From positions 7,987 to 39,986 of the forward strand of contig CAZPUN010000035.1 of NCBI GenBank assembly GCA_964589775.1: 32,000 nucleotides of DNA. The letters run 5' to 3'. The stretch's first letter is position 1, and each line of letters starts with the position of its first letter. Of the stretch, positions 27,509 through 32,000 are shown piece after piece. Source of the stretch: an uncultured archaeon (GTDB lineage: Archaea > Asgardarchaeota > Thorarchaeia > Thorarchaeales > CAZPUN01). The notes beneath the pieces are model-generated. The model worked only from the letters and a program-made list of their open reading frames with translations. It searched no databases and had not been told where the DNA came from. The position numbers and the translations under genes are program-made.

Positions 27509-28765
27509 GTGGGGTACCATCTGCCATCTCTTCTGCTTTTTCGCTTTACAAAATTAAATCGATACTCCATAGCAGTTTTAGCAGGAGCATTAGAAAATAA
27601 CAAAGCACTAGAAAAAGTACTAGAAATTAAGTTATTAGATAAATTTGACTTAAATACAATTGAAAATTACTTGAAAAAATATAAGCCAATAATTTTGGCA
27701 TATTCAATGATGACTGCACAACGAAAAAAATTCTTCCGAGAATGGAAAATACTAAAAACAAAATTTAAACAGAATATAATCATAATAACAGGAGGACCAC
27801 ATCCTACAGCACGACCTGAGGAATGCTATAAAAATGGCGCAGATTGGGTTGTAATAGGAGAGGGCGAGAATACAATAAACACACTATTAGAGAATATAAT
27901 ATTACACAACGAAAGAGAAGAAACGATCTCCGGAACTTTTTCAAAATACGGCTACATTCCACGCTCAAAACATAGAGTTAATTTAGATGATTTCCCACCC
28001 TTCTCAATAAAATACCGGTTATTATCACCTATTGAAATTTCACGAGGATGTCCTTTTAATTGCTATTATTGTGCTACACCATTCATAATGGGTTTGAGAA
28101 TGAGACATCGCTCAGTTGATAAAGTAGTATATTGGTTAAAACAAGCCATTAAAATAAAAAACATTGATAAAACATGGTTTATTACGCCAAATAGTTTTGC
28201 ATATGGGGGCAATGGTGTAAGACCAAATTATGAAAAAGTACATGAATTACTCGATATGGTCTCAACAATAAATGAAATAAAAGGAATATACTTTGGATCA
28301 TTTCCGTCAGAAGTAAGACCCGAATTTGTAACTGAAGAAATGTTGAGAATCATAAAGCCATACGTTGCAAATAAAACATTACAAATTGGTGCTCAATCAG
28401 GAAGCGAACATATTTTAAAAATAGCACATAGACGGCATACTATCGAGGATGTATATAATGCAATTGAAATTTCGATAAAATATGGATTTACACCACATGT
28501 AGATATGATTTTTGGGTTACCAGGGGAAACAGATGAAGACCGAGAAATGAATATTAGAATGCTTTTAAAAATAATAGATATGGGAGGAATAGTACATGCA
28601 CATACGTTTATGCCCCTACCCGGTTCAGTTTTTGAAAATGAACCCCCAGGAACGCTCGATAAAAGAACTAAGAAAATCTTAGGACAACTTTCAAATGAGG
28701 GAAAGGTTACAGGGTCATGGGCATACCAAGAAAAATTAGCAAGAGACATGGTTAAGACGTATTAA
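27509..28765 (+). CDS. B12-binding domain radical SAM protein (TIGR04013-like)
   Basis: GGPHPT, GEGE, EISRGCPFNCYYC, FGSFPSEVRPE, GAQSGS, HTFMPLPG. Confidence 0.88.
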   Translation: MGYHLPSLLLFRFTKLNRYSIAVLAGALENNKALEKVLEIKLLDKFDLNTIENYLKKYKPIILAYSMMTAQRKKFFREWKILKTKFKQNIIIITGGPHPTARPEECYKNGADWVVIGEGENTINTLLENIILHNEREETISGTFSKYGYIPRSKHRVNLDDFPPFSIKYRLLSPIEISRGCPFNCYYCATPFIMGLRMRHRSVDKVVYWLKQAIKIKNIDKTWFITPNSFAYGGNGVRPNYEKVHELLDMVSTINEIKGIYFGSFPSEVRPEFVTEEMLRIIKPYVANKTLQIGAQSGSEHILKIAHRRHTIEDVYNAIEISIKYGFTPHVDMIFGLPGETDEDREMNIRMLLKIIDMGGIVHAHTFMPLPGSVFENEPPGTLDKRTKKILGQLSNEGKVTGSWAYQEKLARDMVKTY

Positions 28766-29411
28766 AAAAGTCACATAAATCATTAAGTTTACATTTGTCG
28801 CACAAGGGGGACCTAGCATGACAAATTTTACGACCATGCGAAATTAAATTAAGATGAATGGTGTAATAATCCTTAGTATCAAATAGGCTTTCTAAAATAA
28901 TATGAGCTTTTTCGCGAGTTGTTTTTGGAGGTATTAAACCTAATCGCGAGGAAACGCGAAATACGTGAGTGTCCACAGGAATTGCAGGAATTCCTAAAGA
29001 AAATTGCAAAACTATAGACGCTGTTTTAAACCCGATCCCTTTAATAGAAACAAGCCATTCACGAGCTTTTTCAGGAGGTAAATCCTTTAGAAAGTTAAGA
29101 TCTAATTTTCCGACTCGAGAGATTATTTCTGAGAGGACATATTTTATTCGTTTTGACTTAATTTTACCTAGACCACCAAATTTTATGATATTATATAATT
29201 CATCATCAGATAGATTAAGAACCTCATACCAAGTAGAACATTTTGCTTTTAAATTTCTAAACGCGCGAAATGCATTAACATCAGATGTATTTTGACTAAG
29301 TATTGTCAAAACAAGTTCATCAATAGGAGGAAACCGGGGTTTCCATTCACGATACGAATAGATTTCAACCAACCGATTAAAGATTAACATTGCCTTTTCG
29401 CGAGGATTCAA
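28752..29411 (-). CDS. nth: Endonuclease III family HhH-GPD DNA glycosylase
   Basis: ILSQNT, HhH IKGIGFKTA, PVDTHVFRV, C-X6-C-X2-C-X5-C Fe-S motif. Confidence 0.9.
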   Translation of the reverse strand: MNPREKAMLIFNRLVEIYSYREWKPRFPPIDELVLTILSQNTSDVNAFRAFRNLKAKCSTWYEVLNLSDDELYNIIKFGGLGKIKSKRIKYVLSEIISRVGKLDLNFLKDLPPEKAREWLVSIKGIGFKTASIVLQFSLGIPAIPVDTHVFRVSSRLGLIPPKTTREKAHIILESLFDTKDYYTIHLNLISHGRKICHARSPLCDKCKLNDLCDFFNTS

Positions 29412-29485
29412 TTTAAATTACCACAATAAATAAGTAAAAAACAAATTATTAAAAATTTATATTATCCACAAATTTGGTGATATTC

Positions 29486-30448
29486 ATGGACTCAATGCCT
29501 CCAGAATTAGTAGAAAGATTGAAAAAGGAGCATTATTATTTAGTGGGACGCCATTCCGCAGTAAAATTATGTAGATGGCTAATAAACAGCCTAATAAAGG
29601 GGCAAACATGTTATAAACAGAAGTTCTACGGAATAAAATCTCACAGATGCCTCCAAATGACACCTGCAGTCCATAAATGTACTCATGCATGTGTATTTTG
29701 TTGGAGAGTCCAACCAGCAGATTTAGGAGTCTATTGGGATCAACTTTCATTTAAAGAAAATGAATTTGATTCTCCGGAGTTTATTGCTGAAAAAACAATA
29801 GATGCGCAGAGAAAATTACTTGCAGGATACAATCCAAAGGCACATCCATATACTGATCCTATTAAATTTAAGGAGGCATTAGAGCCAAAACATGTAGCAA
29901 TTAGCTTAGCAGGAGAACCAACAATATATCCAAAGTTAGGAGAACTAATCGAAAATTATCATCAAAGGGGTATGACAACCTTTTTAGTAACGAATGGAAC
30001 ACTCCCAGAAGTTATAGAAAGTATTACACCGCCTTCACAATTATATGTAACAATTCCTGCACCGGATAAAGAAACATATGTACAGGCTGCAAGACCGCTT
30101 ATAAAGGATGGATGGGAACGGTTATTAAAAACGATATCATTAATTCCAGATTATAAAGCATACACAGTATTTAGATTAACACTAGTAAGAAATTTGAATT
30201 TTCATAATCCGCGAGGTTATGCAGAATTAATAAATAAGGGGCAACCAAGATACGTGGAATTAAAAAGTTATATGGCATTAGGATTTTCAAAAGACCGATT
30301 GGGAATTGGAAATATGCTATGGCATGAAGAAATTTATGAATTTGCCAAAAAGATCGAAATGCTCACAGATTATAAGATAATTGATGAATCACCACCCAGT
30401 AGAGTTGTCTTACTGAGCAAACAAAAACATGCTCATAAATTTACATAA
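29486..30448 (+). CDS. taw1: 4-demethylwyosine synthase Taw1/TYW1 (radical SAM)
   Basis: HSAVKLCRW, CYKQKFYGIKSHRCLQMTP, CTHACVFCWR, SLAGEPT, ELKSYM, SRVVLL; ATG at 29486 after GGTGA. Confidence 0.95.
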   Translation: MDSMPPELVERLKKEHYYLVGRHSAVKLCRWLINSLIKGQTCYKQKFYGIKSHRCLQMTPAVHKCTHACVFCWRVQPADLGVYWDQLSFKENEFDSPEFIAEKTIDAQRKLLAGYNPKAHPYTDPIKFKEALEPKHVAISLAGEPTIYPKLGELIENYHQRGMTTFLVTNGTLPEVIESITPPSQLYVTIPAPDKETYVQAARPLIKDGWERLLKTISLIPDYKAYTVFRLTLVRNLNFHNPRGYAELINKGQPRYVELKSYMALGFSKDRLGIGNMLWHEEIYEFAKKIEMLTDYKIIDESPPSRVVLLSKQKHAHKFT

Positions 30449-30460
30449 AAGGCGAAAAAA

Positions 30461-31105
30461 ATGAACATTACGAAGATTTTAGAGAACGCACGAGAAGTTA
30501 TTGAGAAAGATTATCAAATTCGAGAACAAATACTACCTATTGCGCGAGAAACTATTAGAAGATCGAGCTTAGCAATTAGAGCAATTCATGCAAAAAATTA
30601 TGAAAAAGCAGAGTCTGAAATAAAAACAGCACTGCAATTAATAAGAAATGCAGAAGAAATAATATCACAAAGTGAGTTTTTATTGGCATCAAGTATTTTA
30701 GATACACCATATCAAGAATTAACAGAAGCCATTAACTTAAGGAGTATTCTCCAAAAGCGAGAACTTGTAACAAATAAAGAACTAAAATTTCCACTAAGAC
30801 CATATCTTTTGGGATTAGCAGATGTTGTAGGAGAATTAAGACGCTATATTTTAGATTCAATGCGAAATGGAGATTTTTCGGATTGCGATGAAATATTGAA
30901 TATAATGGATACAATCTACGAGGAACTAAACTCATTAGATTATCCAAATGCATTGATTCCAAATTTAAGACGAAAATGTGACATGTGTAGAGGTGTAATT
31001 GAGAAAACTAGAGGTGAATTGGCAAATGCAATTCATCGTGAAAAACTTGCATATCAAATGAAAGAACTAATGAGTCATCTTGATAAAATAAATACTGACA
31101 AATAA
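30461..31105 (+). CDS. Translin/Trax (C3PO-like) family protein
   Basis: QELTEA, YLLGLADVVGELRR, LRRKCD; all-helical. Confidence 0.88.
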   Translation: MNITKILENAREVIEKDYQIREQILPIARETIRRSSLAIRAIHAKNYEKAESEIKTALQLIRNAEEIISQSEFLLASSILDTPYQELTEAINLRSILQKRELVTNKELKFPLRPYLLGLADVVGELRRYILDSMRNGDFSDCDEILNIMDTIYEELNSLDYPNALIPNLRRKCDMCRGVIEKTRGELANAIHREKLAYQMKELMSHLDKINTDK

Positions 31106-31746
31106 TGAAAAATAGGATTGATTGGCTAAAAAAAATACAAACAAAACTATCACCAAATTATGAAAAAGTAATAGAAATAAATACTATTGCAGGAGTAGAT
31201 GTTGCATACTCAAAAAAATTTGCAATATGTGTTTGTACAGTATTCAAATTTGAAAATATGGAATATATTGGCAAAACAGTAGGATATACAAGAATAAAAT
31301 CCCCTTACATATCATCCTATTTCTATTTACGAGAGGGAAAAGTACTCGAAAAATGTATTCGCCGATGCAAAAGACGATTTAATCCAGATGTTTATTTAAT
31401 CGATGGCGCAGGAATTTTACATCCAAGAAAATTAGGAATCGCATCACAAATAGGGATCAATTTAGACATATCCACAATAGGAATTACAAAAAATAGACTT
31501 GTAGGAATTATCAAAAAACAAGAGAATAATATAGCACCGGTTATATATGATAGCAAAATAATGGGTTATGCAATTTGGAAAAATTCTAAAAAACCGATTT
31601 TTGTATCAATAGGAAATAAAATAAGTAAAAAAGATATGATTAAAATTGTAATAAAAAGCCAAAAATATAAAGTCCCAGAGCCAATACGTAAAGCACATCA
31701 AATTGCAACAATGCTAAGAAATGAAATAAAAGATGATGCATGTTGA
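31105..31746 (+). CDS. nfi: Endonuclease V
   Basis: IAGVDVAY, PYIS...LRE, IDGAGILHPRKLGIAS, PIFVSIG, PEPIRKAH. Confidence 0.92.
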   Translation: MKNRIDWLKKIQTKLSPNYEKVIEINTIAGVDVAYSKKFAICVCTVFKFENMEYIGKTVGYTRIKSPYISSYFYLREGKVLEKCIRRCKRRFNPDVYLIDGAGILHPRKLGIASQIGINLDISTIGITKNRLVGIIKKQENNIAPVIYDSKIMGYAIWKNSKKPIFVSIGNKISKKDMIKIVIKSQKYKVPEPIRKAHQIATMLRNEIKDDAC

Positions 31747-32000
31747 TAGATCCAGATTTATTCTATACATTATTTACATTAGCAAAACTAGGTGCAATAA
31801 AAAGAACAATAAAATTATCAACTACTGCATTGGGAGAACTAATGGGAGTAAGTCAACAAACTGCATCAAGAAGACTTGCTGCTTGCGAAAAATCAAAACT
31901 ATTAACACGCGTACACACACCAAAAGGCCAGGACATAAGAATAACGGATATTGGAGCAAAAGAGCTTATGAGATATTATACAGGTCTAAAATATGTTTTC
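31740..32000 (+). CDS. HTH-fused CTP-dependent riboflavin kinase/regulator (RibK/RbkR), N-terminal part; not in ORF track
   Basis: MLIDPDLFYTLFTLAKLGA...LSTTALGELMGVSQQTASRRL...GQDIRITDIG. SQQTASR is typical of the HTH of archaeal riboflavin kinases; the kinase domain lies outside the window. Confidence 0.78.
   Translation, partial: MLIDPDLFYTLFTLAKLGAIKRTIKLSTTALGELMGVSQQTASRRLAACEKSKLLTRVHTPKGQDIRITDIGAKELMRYYTGLKYVF

Noticed and set aside
29462-29470. Perfect DnaA box TTATCCACA between nth and taw1
   Set aside because: Single copy in an archaeal AT-rich sequence, with no cluster, ORB elements or orc1/cdc6 gene nearby.

Overview
An AT-rich, very gene-dense archaeal chromosome segment, almost certainly from an Asgard archaeon. 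It encodes a eukaryote-like (Lokiactin-type) actin, a ribophorin I (OST subunit)-like protein and a DPAGT1/Alg7-type GlcNAc-1-P transferase among core archaeal genes: GlmU, RNase Z, TrmB, RdgB, Topo VI A/B, Dim2-Rio1-aIF1A-Nmd3-aIF2beta, RPA32-like, FEN1, aEF-1beta, Cdc48, RibL, proteasome beta, Nth, Taw1, translin, EndoV, RibK and an intron-containing tRNA-Lys(CTT). No mobile element or CRISPR array is visible. Three observations stand out. (1) The actin gene is divergent from a wHTH + CARF-like regulator and a cytosolic FG-GAP beta-propeller, across a palindrome-rich promoter. (2) A ~1000-aa ribophorin I homolog carries an N-terminal DOMON domain with an inserted, apparently intact FKBP prolyl isomerase plus an Ig domain, and lies head-to-head with the GlcNAc-1-P transferase. 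(3) RNase Z has no ATG/GTG/TTG ahead of its conserved N-terminus, implying AUU/AUA initiation. All family calls come from motif recognition by eye; no searches were run.
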